Assembly (NCBI RefSeq): GCF_964355755.1
Contig: NC_092671.1
Span: 33,552,304-33,616,303, forward strand
Direction: 5' to 3'
DNA from: Antedon mediterranea
Lineage: Eukaryota > Animalia > Echinodermata
Length of the DNA stretch: 64,000 bases
The notes beneath the pieces are model-generated. The model saw nothing but the letters and a program-made list of their open reading frames with translations, was not told the DNA's origin and did no database searches. Below, one piece after another: positions 38,396-49,500 of this stretch; the stretch's first letter is position 1, and each line of letters begins with the position of its first letter. The translations under genes and the position numbers were made by a program.

Positions 38396-39288
38396 TTATT
38401 TAATGATAAGAAATCTTTTTGTATGTGTTTATGTCCTCGTACTTGCAAACTTGAAGGTAATTCTATTACTAAACTTTTTGGTAAAAAAGTTGCTTATGTT
38501 GAGAATCGTACCTACCTTGGTCATATTCTTATGTGTGATTGCAGTGATGAGGCTGACATTCAAAGTCAATACAGATCTTTATGTATTAGAAGCAACTCAC
38601 TCAATCGCAAATTTATGAAATGCTCTACCAATGTTAAATGTTGTCTCTTTAGATCTTACTGTATTAGTATGTATTGTGCAGCCCTTTGGTGTAACTATCG
38701 TATGAAGAATATTAGATCTCTTAATGTATGTTACAATAATGCTCTGCGCCGTATACTTAATGTCTCTAGAAGTAGTAGTGCCAGTGCAATGTTTATTGAA
38801 CATGGTGTCCCTTCCTTTAATGAGTACATGCGAAAATCTACCTATAGTTTTATGCAACGTATGTTGAATAGTGGTAACGTCCTTGTTGCTTGTGTTTGCA
38901 AAATTCTCCAAAATGTATTTTAGATGGAGAAGCATTCTATATACTTAAGTTTAGAGTTTACAATTTTTTTTTTTTTTTTTCTGATTATACGTTTATTAAT
39001 ATGGATGATATTTCCGAAATAAAAAGAAATTGAAAAAGCAATGTCAGTTCTAAGTAATAACAATACAAGGACTTCACACGATTAGAAGTATAGTATAAGG
39101 CTCTATTTATTCAAATTGTTTGCTCAGTAATATACTATTAAAAATGTTGGCAAAAAACAAAATGTTTTGAACATTAACCAAAACACAGTTCGTTCTTCTG
39201 GTAGATACTTGTAGGTATGTTTGATGCCACTACAGTAGGCCTACTTGTGTGCAATGCTAGACTACCGTTTGCCATGTCCACTTCATCT

Positions 39289-42200
39289 TTATCCTGGCCT
39301 CGGCCCTCTTACTGCTGATTTATGTGAAAAAAGAAGATATGTAATCATCTACATGTTAACACATGTTTATTTCTAACAATTTGCCTGACCTCTTACACAT
39401 ACCTAATAACAACATGTTGCTTTATTGACTAATGTGATGACACACTAGAGGTCCAGTTCAACCTAAAGCATCCCATATGTGTGGTTACCACCAAATCGTA
39501 GTTAATTGCATTAAGCATTATACTTACCTCCGTATCAGTTTCAGTAATAGAATATTGTGTATTGTACTGCAAATATTATGATGAATGCAATTTATGTACT
39601 TAGTAATATTTGAATACTTTAGTGGTTCTTATGTAACCTTTTGATAATTATTATAAACTATGAAATTGCTAAATCTGTCTAGTTACTTACGCCCTAGTTC
39701 ACGGAGGATTCGGTCACCATCTAAATATAGAAGGGAAAAAATGCATGATGATTACAAGTTCATATAATAATAATAACATAGTAAAGTCTTCATAGTAACT
39801 TACAACGATGTACGCTTTAAATGTTAGTACGTTGTATACAATTATTATCTCAAACAGCATTGTAATTTAAATAACACATCACACAAAATGAAAGCAGTAA
39901 ACCACACGATTGCACAGCAATCTGCAACTGATATCAAATGTATCTTGCCATGAACGGTACTCACCTAATCCTCGACGGATTCTGTTATAAACTGACATGC
40001 ATTCTGTTGAAATATTAACAGAAATTATAGAAATTATAAAGTAACAACATTATTACTTATTATATAGTAGGCCTAATAACAATAATAATACTCCCAATAT
40101 ATATTAATGATAATAGTTTATTGAACTATTGATTATCGATCAAAGAACTATGAGAAAAAACATCTAATTATATACTCATAAATCTCCTTTGATATAATTA
40201 TTTTGGTTACAATATTAGACAACCAGCTCTAACACAGCAAAGGGTATACCACGCTTGATTTGTTTAAAGTTGTACCATTTCAGTTATACGGTATTTAAAT
40301 AATGATAATGATACTAATATCACTTGAATGTACTGTATATAGCACAAATCCCACTAAGTACATAAAACCTAAAAGGAAAATCCAGTTTTTAAAGGACCAA
40401 TACCAGTCAACGTTTAACACGAATCTATTTTGAGAACTGAGAGGGCGTGGTACAAACCTTTTGGACAACGCTGCTCTCGCGTCTCCAATAATCATTCAGT
40501 GATATATTTCTAATCTCCTTTTTCATCACTTTTCAGTTACCATATTTTGACAATATTTTCCATAACCGGCCTTTTCATATAAACCACAGTATATAGGCCT
40601 ATACTCATAATTGAATATACTTCAGTAATAAAGGAAATAGTAATATTTATTAACAATGTTATTTGCTGTCATATTAGGCCACAGCTTTGTTTCGGGTATG
40701 CACTACACAGTATGGCGTCACAGCGACGGGGGTCTAGGCCCCGAATAATATATCTGACATTAAAGAATGTTTATAGAGATTTGAGACTAGGAAAGCCAAT
40801 CAGTTTCATTTTCCTTGTATGAGTGGAGAAGACAATGGCCACTAGCACTGGAAATTGTTCTTTATTGATAAACTATTGATAGCTACACCTAAACCTTAAA
40901 AGTTTAGAGTCATCGTCTAGGCCTACTAAACGATTGTATACAGCCCTACCTTAAAATAAGATAATGGATTGCGCAAAGACATCAATAAAGTGCAATATGT
41001 AGAATAAATTAAACAATAACACGCGTTGTTTATACAACTTGTACATTTTACTTACCTTTAGTGTTACCATTCAGGTCAATACATTCTTCTTCCCATGGAT
41101 CTGAAATATAAAATACAAAGATATTTTTTAATCCGCATCACACTAAAGAGTAGAGAAAAGAAATATCGAGTAATAATATAACAAGAAGAGGATATAACAT
41201 AGCAAAACAATAATTTTGACACAGCAAAGTCATTATTGGTACATTCAAGGGTAAATAACATATAAATATGCGACAGAAACCAATACTTACACTGACATTG
41301 CCCAAATTCAGCCTGAAATAAAAATACGGCTAAACACACAATGATCAACGTTTGCCATCTCCTGAAAAAAATGTGTATGTATACCTGTAGTTTTTTTTAT
41401 AAATCTAACCCACATAAACTACAACAAACAAAATATTTCTAAATGTGATATGTAAATAAATCAAAATTAAAATATCTAGAAGCATTTGTGTTCACATAAG
41501 TACCTTTTTCGATCACAAAATGTTATATAATATTACTGTTAAAGTTCTTGCTGATCCACCAATCACCAATAATGTTATTTTAAGTACTCTGTATCTTGTG
41601 ATTTTTATTATTTATAAAAGACGCAATAAATGAAATGAATTGGAAAATTGCGTCAAAGCATAATAAGCAAGTAAGGGTAGATTTGATAAACATTTTGTGT
41701 CAAGCTATTCAAAAGTTAATGAACAGAGGTATTCTAAATAACACTTAGTAAACGGATGCCAGGTTTTGGCCAGAAATCATATTCTTATTCCCGTCGCATT
41801 ATGCCTTCTTATTCTACCAAATTTCCGAACACTAGACCTATCATAATTTAATCTTTTGTGACGATTACAAAGACCACCTAACGACAAAGACTCAAATCCA
41901 ACTCATAATATGAGTAGGATCAAACCCAGTACCGTTTGATTACGATCATGCGGGAAATTACCTCACGATGATATTACACAGTTTAAGGTCAAAAGATTAG
42001 GCCTATATAAAATATTTTGATATTATGTTTAAATCCTTTAATAAAATGGTATAGTTGTATTATGTGTGATAAATAAAGACATTTTTAACATAATGTTGCT
42101 TTCAAGATTTACATGAATTATATGATAGAATAACAAAATAATATACATGCAAAGCTAAACCCAAATCGCTCAATCTATAGTTAATACAAATTTATAAAAA

Positions 42201-42294
42201 AGTGTCTTCAGATTTATCATCGTGGTTCCACCATTGCAAGATTACAGTAGTCAAATTATTATATGTCAATAAATACTTACAGTTTAGCTGACAT
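39289..42294 (-). CDS. Micro-exon gene B: predicted 74-aa secreted peptide
   Basis: Exons 42294-42281, 41361-41291, 41100-41056, 40003-39965, 39720-39691 and 39314-39289 give MSAKLRWQTLIIVCLAVFLFQAEFGQCQYPWEEECIDLNGNTKECMSVYNRIRRGLDGDRILRELGPVRGPRPG-stop. All donors are GTAAGT or GTGAGT. TATAAAG at 42360-42354; AATAAA at 39111-39106. Confidence 0.78.
40427..40761 (+). mobile_element. Diverged copy of the 5' leader and start of the SGNH ORF of the YR element, inside an intron of gene B
   Basis: Aligns with about 20298-20625 (ATTTTGAGAACTGA.AGGGCGTGGTACAA...ATGTTA..TGCTGTCATATTAGGCCACAGCTTTGT). Confidence 0.85.
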
Positions 42295-42347
42295 GATGAT
42301 AGCGGACATCAGTTAAATAAGTAATATTGTATCTTGTATGGTTGCTG

Positions 42348-44903
42348 TATAGACTTTATAGACACACTTTGATATTATACATAATCCGATGCTTAAATAT
42401 CGTTTTAAACCTGTATAATAAATTTACGACTGAAAATGTTTAATTACAAAGGTTTTCATAATTATTTGAAATAAAATTTACAATATCACTATAGTCGTTA
42501 TTGTTATTATTCGAATATAATTCAATAAAACTCTGCATAAAAATATATCGTTTTAAACCTGTATAATATATTCACGACTGAAAATGTTTAATTACAAAGG
42601 TTAAACAACTATTTTCATAATTATTTGAAACAAATTTTACAATATCACAATAGTCGCTATTGTTATTATTCAAATATAATTCAATAAAACTTTGCATAAA
42701 CGAATAAAGTATGATTGAGGTGTTTTATTGTCTATGGAATGATAATTAATTGCACCTGTTGTATTTTCCAAATACAAGTCGAGAAATTGTACTGAAATGT
42801 ATACGTCAATAAATTTAGGTAGATCTGGTTAATAATTTTCTTCTGGATATTCCAAGTTGATATGAAAATTGGATTATTTAAACTGTCGTTTGTCATTGGT
42901 CAATTCGCTTGCGTTGCGTCCTATAAGTTTGAAACCAACTCGAGAGAGTAAGTTTTATATATTCTGAACTTGGATCGCCAAAAAGAAGATTATAACAAAA
43001 TACTATGATTGTTGTTATTATTATCAATAAGTGAAATAGAGAAAATGGTTAATCTTGTTTGAATCTTAGAAATTTAAAGTGTATGCATACATAACATTTC
43101 CATCTGTCAGATGCTGTAATGGACGAACTTGTTGGAATAATATACCTGATGAAATTCGTGTTCTATCTAACAACAAACTTTTTTCTTCTAAATAAAAAAA
43201 AAAACAACATTATTTCTAGATACTATTTACAACGTTTACGTTTTCTGAATCTGAACTGTTTGATCTGTGTACCGGTGTGAGTGTGGGTGTGTACCTGCTT
43301 GTGATTGCGTTTCAAAGAAATTAACAAAGTTAATATATGGCTCCTCCAACTCAGGCTTGCATTTTGGATGTGACTACCTTTTTTCAGCTTTCTATTTTTT
43401 TAATTATTATACATAATTATTTCGAGATAGAAATTTTGACATTCTTATATGATTGTCTGATGAAAATTCTAAATTGTATGTTTGTTTCCTTTTTGAAACC
43501 TTTTTACCTTTCATTGTTGTTATTGATTTTGTTTCTATCTTTTCTGTTTTAGAAGGAAATAAATGTTTATTTAGATTTGATTTGATGGAATTATTTCATT
43601 ATAGTTGAATCGGTAGTAATATTTATATAGACTTTATAGACACACTTTGATATTATACAGATAATCCGATGCTTAAATATCGTTTTAAACCTGTATAATA
43701 AATTTACGACTGAAAATGTTTAATTACAAAGGTTTTCATAATTATTTGAAATAAAATTTACAATATCACTATAGTCGTTATTGTTATTATTCGAATTTAA
43801 TTCAATAAAACTTTGCATAAAAATATATCGTTTTAAACCTGTATAATATATTCACGACTGAAAATGTTTAATTACAAAGGTTAAACAACTATTTTCATAA
43901 TTATTTGAAGCAAATTTTACAATATCACAATAGTCGCTATTGTTATTATTCAAATATAATTCAATAAAACTTTGTATAAACGAATAAAGTATGATTGAGG
44001 TGTTTTATTGTCTATGGAATGATAATTAATTGCACCTGTTGTATTTTCCAAATACAAGTCGAGAAATTGTACTGAAATGTATACGTCAATAAATTTAGGT
44101 AGATCTGGTTAATTATTTTCTTCTGGATATTCCAAGTTGATATGAAAATTGGATTATTTGAACTGTCGTTTGTCATTGGTCAATTCGCTTGCGTTGCGTC
44201 CTATAAGTTTGAAACCAACTCGAGAGAGTAAGTTTTATAAATTCTGAACTTGGATCGCCAAAAAGAAGATTATAACAACATACTATGATTGTTGTTATTA
44301 TTATCAATAAGTGAAATAGAGAAAATGATTAATCTTGTTTGAATCTTAGAAATTTAAAGTGTATGCATACATAACATTTTCATCTGTCAGATGCTGTAAT
44401 GGACGAACTTGTTGGAATAATATACCTGATGAAATTCGTGTTCTATCTAACAACAAACTTTTTTCTTCTAAATAAAAAAAAAACAACATTATTTCTAGAT
44501 ACTATTTACAACGTTTACGTTTTCTGAATCTGAACTGTTTGATCTGTGTACCGGTGTGAGTGTGGGTGTGTACCTGCTTGTGATTGCGTTTCAAAGAAAT
44601 TAACAAAGTTAATATATGGCTCCTCCAACTCAGGCTTGCATTTTGGATGTGGCTACCTTTTTTCAGCTTACTATTTTTTTAATTATTATACATAATTATT
44701 TCGAGATAGAAATTTTGACATTCTTATATGATTGTCTGATGAAAATTCTAAATTGTATGTTTGTTTCCTTTTTGAAACCTTTTTACCTTTCATTGTTGTT
44801 ATTGATTTTGTTTCTATCTTTTCTGTTTTAGAAGGAAATAAATGTTTATTTAGATTTGATTTGATGGAATTATTTCATTTTAGTTGAATCGGTAGTAATA
44901 TTT
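42348..44903. repeat. Recent tandem duplication of about 1.28 kb covering the upstream region of gene B
   Basis: Units 42348-43625 and 43626-44903 are near-identical; each has an internal duplication of about 150 bp. Confidence 0.95.
42354..42360 (-). promoter_or_regulatory. TATA box of gene B
   Basis: TATAAAG about 60 nt upstream of the ATG, the same position as the gene C TATA box. Confidence 0.6.
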
Positions 44904-45499
44904 GTGATATAGTTAGGGAATTGGATAGACACACCTTAACTGGTGAGAGCTTTTTAATATTGCTGTTGTCTATCCTCGGCATTGTATATTTATTCTGTCG
45001 AAATGAATAAAACAATATTTAAAAAAAACTAAAAAACGACGTGATGCGTCTGCCACTTATTTTTTCAAAAACTCATCACGTCCATTACCAGATAATTCTG
45101 CATCTTAGGTTCATATCATATTTGGTAGATAGTTATTTGCAATCTTACACAATCAAAATGGAGATGCAACAATTCTCGAAATTTGAAATCAATAGTTGCA
45201 ACATGATTTGCAAATGTTGTTGTTGTTGTGTCTGTATCATTTATTAGTTTAAATTGTAAAAATGCATAAATAAAGGTAATCTTGGTATATTTTAATATAG
45301 TGCAACTCCTTAAATGTTTTGTTGCAGAGGTTTTTATCTGTTTTCCAATTCTGTGTGATACAGGAATCATTTGCTTAAGATTGAAATTTCAAGCTCTGAC
45401 TGTAGATTGAAAAAAGTGTTTTGCATATGCCGACCGGAATGTGACACTACTACAAACCTAGGGTGAAATGTATTATATGAAGTTTCTTCGGTCAAAGGG

Positions 45500-46210
45500 T
45501 CTGTTACAACCGCTGATGTAAAAAAACGCCAGCTAATATCGAAACAACCACTAATGTAGAACAATCCACAATGTAGTAACACAAATTGCCTCCCAACTAA
45601 TGTAGTTACTATTGCCAGCTAATTTATAACATATTATATATTTAACAAACATTAGAAAATCATGTGCAAATGCATCTCTCTCACAAACGACTGATAGCCA
45701 CCACCACCTCTGTTAATGGAACGCTTCTCATAATTGACCACCTTAAGCGATCACACCTCTCGTCAGAAAAAGGTGGTCACTTACGAGAGTTGGTTGTCCT
45801 TTAACAGAGGTTGTCACTTAAGAGATGGCCGCGTTTTAAAAGTCAGTCGTTTACGAGAAGGGGATAGACTGAGAGCAGCTAAGTAAAGAAATGCATTTTC
45901 ACATGATTTAGACATAGGTTTGTAAAATATATAATATTTTCTGCATTAGCTGGCGACAGTAACTACATTAGGTGGAAGGCAAATTCCGTTACTGTATTAG
46001 CTGTTGACCGTTCTACATTAGCTGGTGTTGATTTTTATTTACTTTCATTTTATTTTAATACTTACATTTATTTATAATCAGCGTATGCTGACAATCAAGG
46101 GCCCTCTTACTAACTAAGCTGTTGGTGTTTCTACATTAGATGGAGGTTTTACTACATTAACGGTTGTTTCGACATTTGCTGGCGTTTTCTACATTATCGG
46201 TTGTAACAGG
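45500..46210. mobile_element. MITE-like element
   Basis: CTGTTACAACCG..GATGTAAAAAAACGCCAGC at the left is inverted as GCTGGCGTTTTCTACATTATCGGTTGTAACAG at the right. Confidence 0.65.
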
Positions 46211-46575
46211 GGCTTTTTTTTTAAATATCCCCACAACAAAACAAATTGATCTGCGTATGAAGAAAATCCTTAGTTTATGCCAGATATATTTAAAAAACAT
46301 GTCCGTTTAACCGTAATGTTATAAATAAATTCCTAAACTAGTGTTGAATAATGACAACAAACATGTTCAAGTTCTGTGTGTATTTAAGTAAACAAGAAAA
46401 ACATCTATATTCAAAGCATGAACAAGGTCTTACATCATTCCGGGTCATTTTCATGGGAATGAATACTAATTATTATAATTGAACAAAGAAAGTCACCCAA
46501 ACCGAGCGGATCCAAATGGAATATTGAAGTGTTATAATATCTCCATCGTCAATCTCACTGTGGCTGCTGCGACGA

Positions 46576-49500
46576 CTAAACATTCGGAATACCTATAAAT
46601 AATCGAAATATTTAAATATTATTAATTGTATGAAGCCATATTTAAATAAAAAAAGTTATGATTTAAAGTAATACGTTAGCCTATCATAGTTAAGTAACCC
46701 GCAAACTCCGTGTTCTTTGAGGTTTAAAAGGACTACAGTAAGCCATGTGTTCCCCAGATGGAAAGTCTCCTTAACCTTTATTTGTTTTAAGACTTTTTAA
46801 AACTTACCCTCTTTCCGAGATTTTGGTCTTGCTATTACAAAATTAAAAGAAAAACCCCACATTAATCGAACAATTTGTAAATACACGAACTTATAATATT
46901 ATTCTATTTAGTTCTATTGAACAAAAAAGTTATACTCTGTATCTACTGCACGTTGTGCTTTTTGTAAACATTTTCTACCACGCCTGAGGTTGTTGAATGA
47001 TCCTCATTTGAAAATCAACCTATAGCGTCGTCTATATCTGTTATATTCCGAGTTCAAAATTGGAGTACTGTCACGTTGAATGACATAGTTTTCAGGCGTA
47101 GACTTTGACAATGATTCAAGATGGGAGCAGATAATTAATTGTATAACATTTTACTTTTGTAGGTGTGATATAATTCAAATAATACATGTAAACTGTATTG
47201 TAATAATTTATATAAAATAATTTTCTCAATCTTTCATTATGTGTATGCTACTGTATTACAAACATGTTTAGTATACTTACTTTCAGAGTTTATTGAACGA
47301 GTAGGTACTGAAACAAAGATCAGAAGAAAATAAATACATAATATTTATTTCAGGGTAGATAAGCAAGGTATGGTAAAAAGCCTATTTAAATACAATACTT
47401 ACATTCATCCCGACGAAATCGTTTCTTTACTGAAAAATACAAACACGATAACTTAAAGTTCAAGTGAAAGATTATGCATAATATTATAGTGTGTTTTATT
47501 TGGCAAGGGGTCTATTTGTTAAAATTATGATAACTACGACCCATTTAGGCCATACATTTTTATACGATGTAGTTATAGATCAGGATGTATTGGTGAGGGG
47601 CAGGAAGTAACGCTGGTATTTTCCGCGATGTAGGCCGTTTAATACGTGACGAGTTTTAGATTGCACACACTAGTTAAAAAATATTTAAATACAATACTCA
47701 CATTCATTCCTACCATATCGTTTCTTAACTGAAAAATACAAACACGATAACTTACAGTTCAAATGAAAGATTATGCATAATATTATACAGCTTTTAACCT
47801 GACTAGTGGTTTAAGCGACTGCCTTAAATAGCATTAATTAAATAATAGAGAAAGCCTATTTTTAAAGTAATCACAATTTGAATTAAATCAATCGTTATTC
47901 ACTTAAAAGAACATTAAAAACAAACAAAAAAAGAACCAAAATAATGAATTCACTTAAAAGATACAGTTAACCCAATGACCAAGGGTTGACTAAATATTTT
48001 TTTAAAGACACTTTCCTTGTCATTTTTTGACGTTTTGTAAAATATGCATATAATATATTACTATATGGTTATAACAGGTTCCAAAGGACAATTTGAGTGT
48101 CAAATGGTAAAAATGTAATATGTGACATTAAAATGACACATTTAAAAAAAATCAAGGTGAAAATTTATCTTTAATGTTTTGTTTTCAACAAATTTTTTGG
48201 TTAAAGTAAGTAACTGATAATTATGTGACAATAAAATAGAGATAAGCAAAGATCGACTCTTGCTAGTCTCAAAACAATATTATGTATTACTATTGTAAAA
48301 AATTAGGCATGTGGTATATGTAATGTTGTGTCTAAGACTTACTACTTTCCTGACATTGCCCAAATTCAGCCTGGAATAAAAACACAACTAAAAACACAAC
48401 GACCAACGTTTGCAATCTCCTGAGAAAAATATATCTGTATGTTTAAAGCTCTGTCTACACAAATATCAAACTGGTTTGACGTGTCCAAATATCGTATCGT
48501 ATTCATGAAAGGGGACTAACTTTAGTCCTGGACTATCTCTGAAAATTAGTCCTAGACTATCTAGAAATGGTATTCATGAAAGGGGACTATCTTTAGTCCT
48601 CCACTTAACCTGGGCCGATTGCAATAAAGGCCTTAACCGCAGTCTTAGACTTAAACCCAAGATGAAACCTTTAGCAACGAGGGTCATAGATTTAAGACCA
48701 TTGCAATAAGAAGTTTAAGCATAAGATTTTCAGAGCCGAGGACTTAGATTCCAAGCCTCCTCCAGGCAGGCTTACGCTAACAACACGACGCGAGCGCTCT
48801 TAAAGGGGGATTCTGGGTTTAAAATTGCTTTTAAATATCGTTTATTTATTAAATAAAAAATATTATAACAATATAGACATTTCAGAATGAAGAAGTAATA
48901 ACGAGAAATTAAAAAAATTAAATTTCATATACATTTTAGGGTAAATTCATGGAAAGTCTGTCTTTTAGCAGCTTAGGGAAGCTCATTAATATTCATGAGA
49001 TATTCACAAAATCACGTCACCAGTGGATTCCAAACTCGCGACGTCATGTACGTTGTGTTTGTCAACTAATTTACATCTCTCTCCCCTGTCAAACGACGAC
49101 CACCATTGTGATCATTGTGAAATACATTTTTTGTAGATTTTCTAAGCTAGGCCTAAAGTGTAATAATAACAGTAGTAGCATATATTTATTTGACATTTAA
49201 TGAAATAAAAAATTTAGTACAGATACGGAGTCATAAATTATACTATTTTTATACCTCTATAGTACAGATCGTATTATCGGCTTCACGTACAATACTACTC
49301 TAGGCCTAGCCTAATAATAATATGGGCGAGAGCCATTCTGACTAGGGATTCCATGCCACGATGGCTACGTTAAAACAATGGGGCCCATGGGCCTAGCTAG
49401 TCTACTACTAGACGATTGGCCCATAAATAACAAAACCCATCCTATCAACCAAACTCTTAAACAATCTAAACCTAAAACATTCTACAAAATCGGCTGTAAA

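Larger units (their letters stand above)
29460..39035 (+). mobile_element. Host LINE (ORF1 remnant plus APE-RT ORF2) split into three pieces by nested insertions
   Basis: Pieces about 29460-31489, 34508-35064 and 38396-39035. APE motifs GRPYGGVAI, INVYLP, GDFNA, SDH. RT rejoins as NYRPIALASVLSKVF|ESILISN.., FLDASKAFD, GVRQGG, YADD, ENDVLF|NDKKS. Clade uncertain. Confidence 0.88.

Noticed and set aside
41076-41348. 90-aa ORF from the ORF track
   Set aside because: Only its first part is the gene B signal exon; the rest is intron read-through past the GTAAGT donor at 41290.
43337-44831. Twin 71-aa hydrophobic ORFs (MAPPTQAC...)
   Set aside because: Products of the tandem duplication in T-rich sequence resembling a LINE 3' UTR; no coding evidence.
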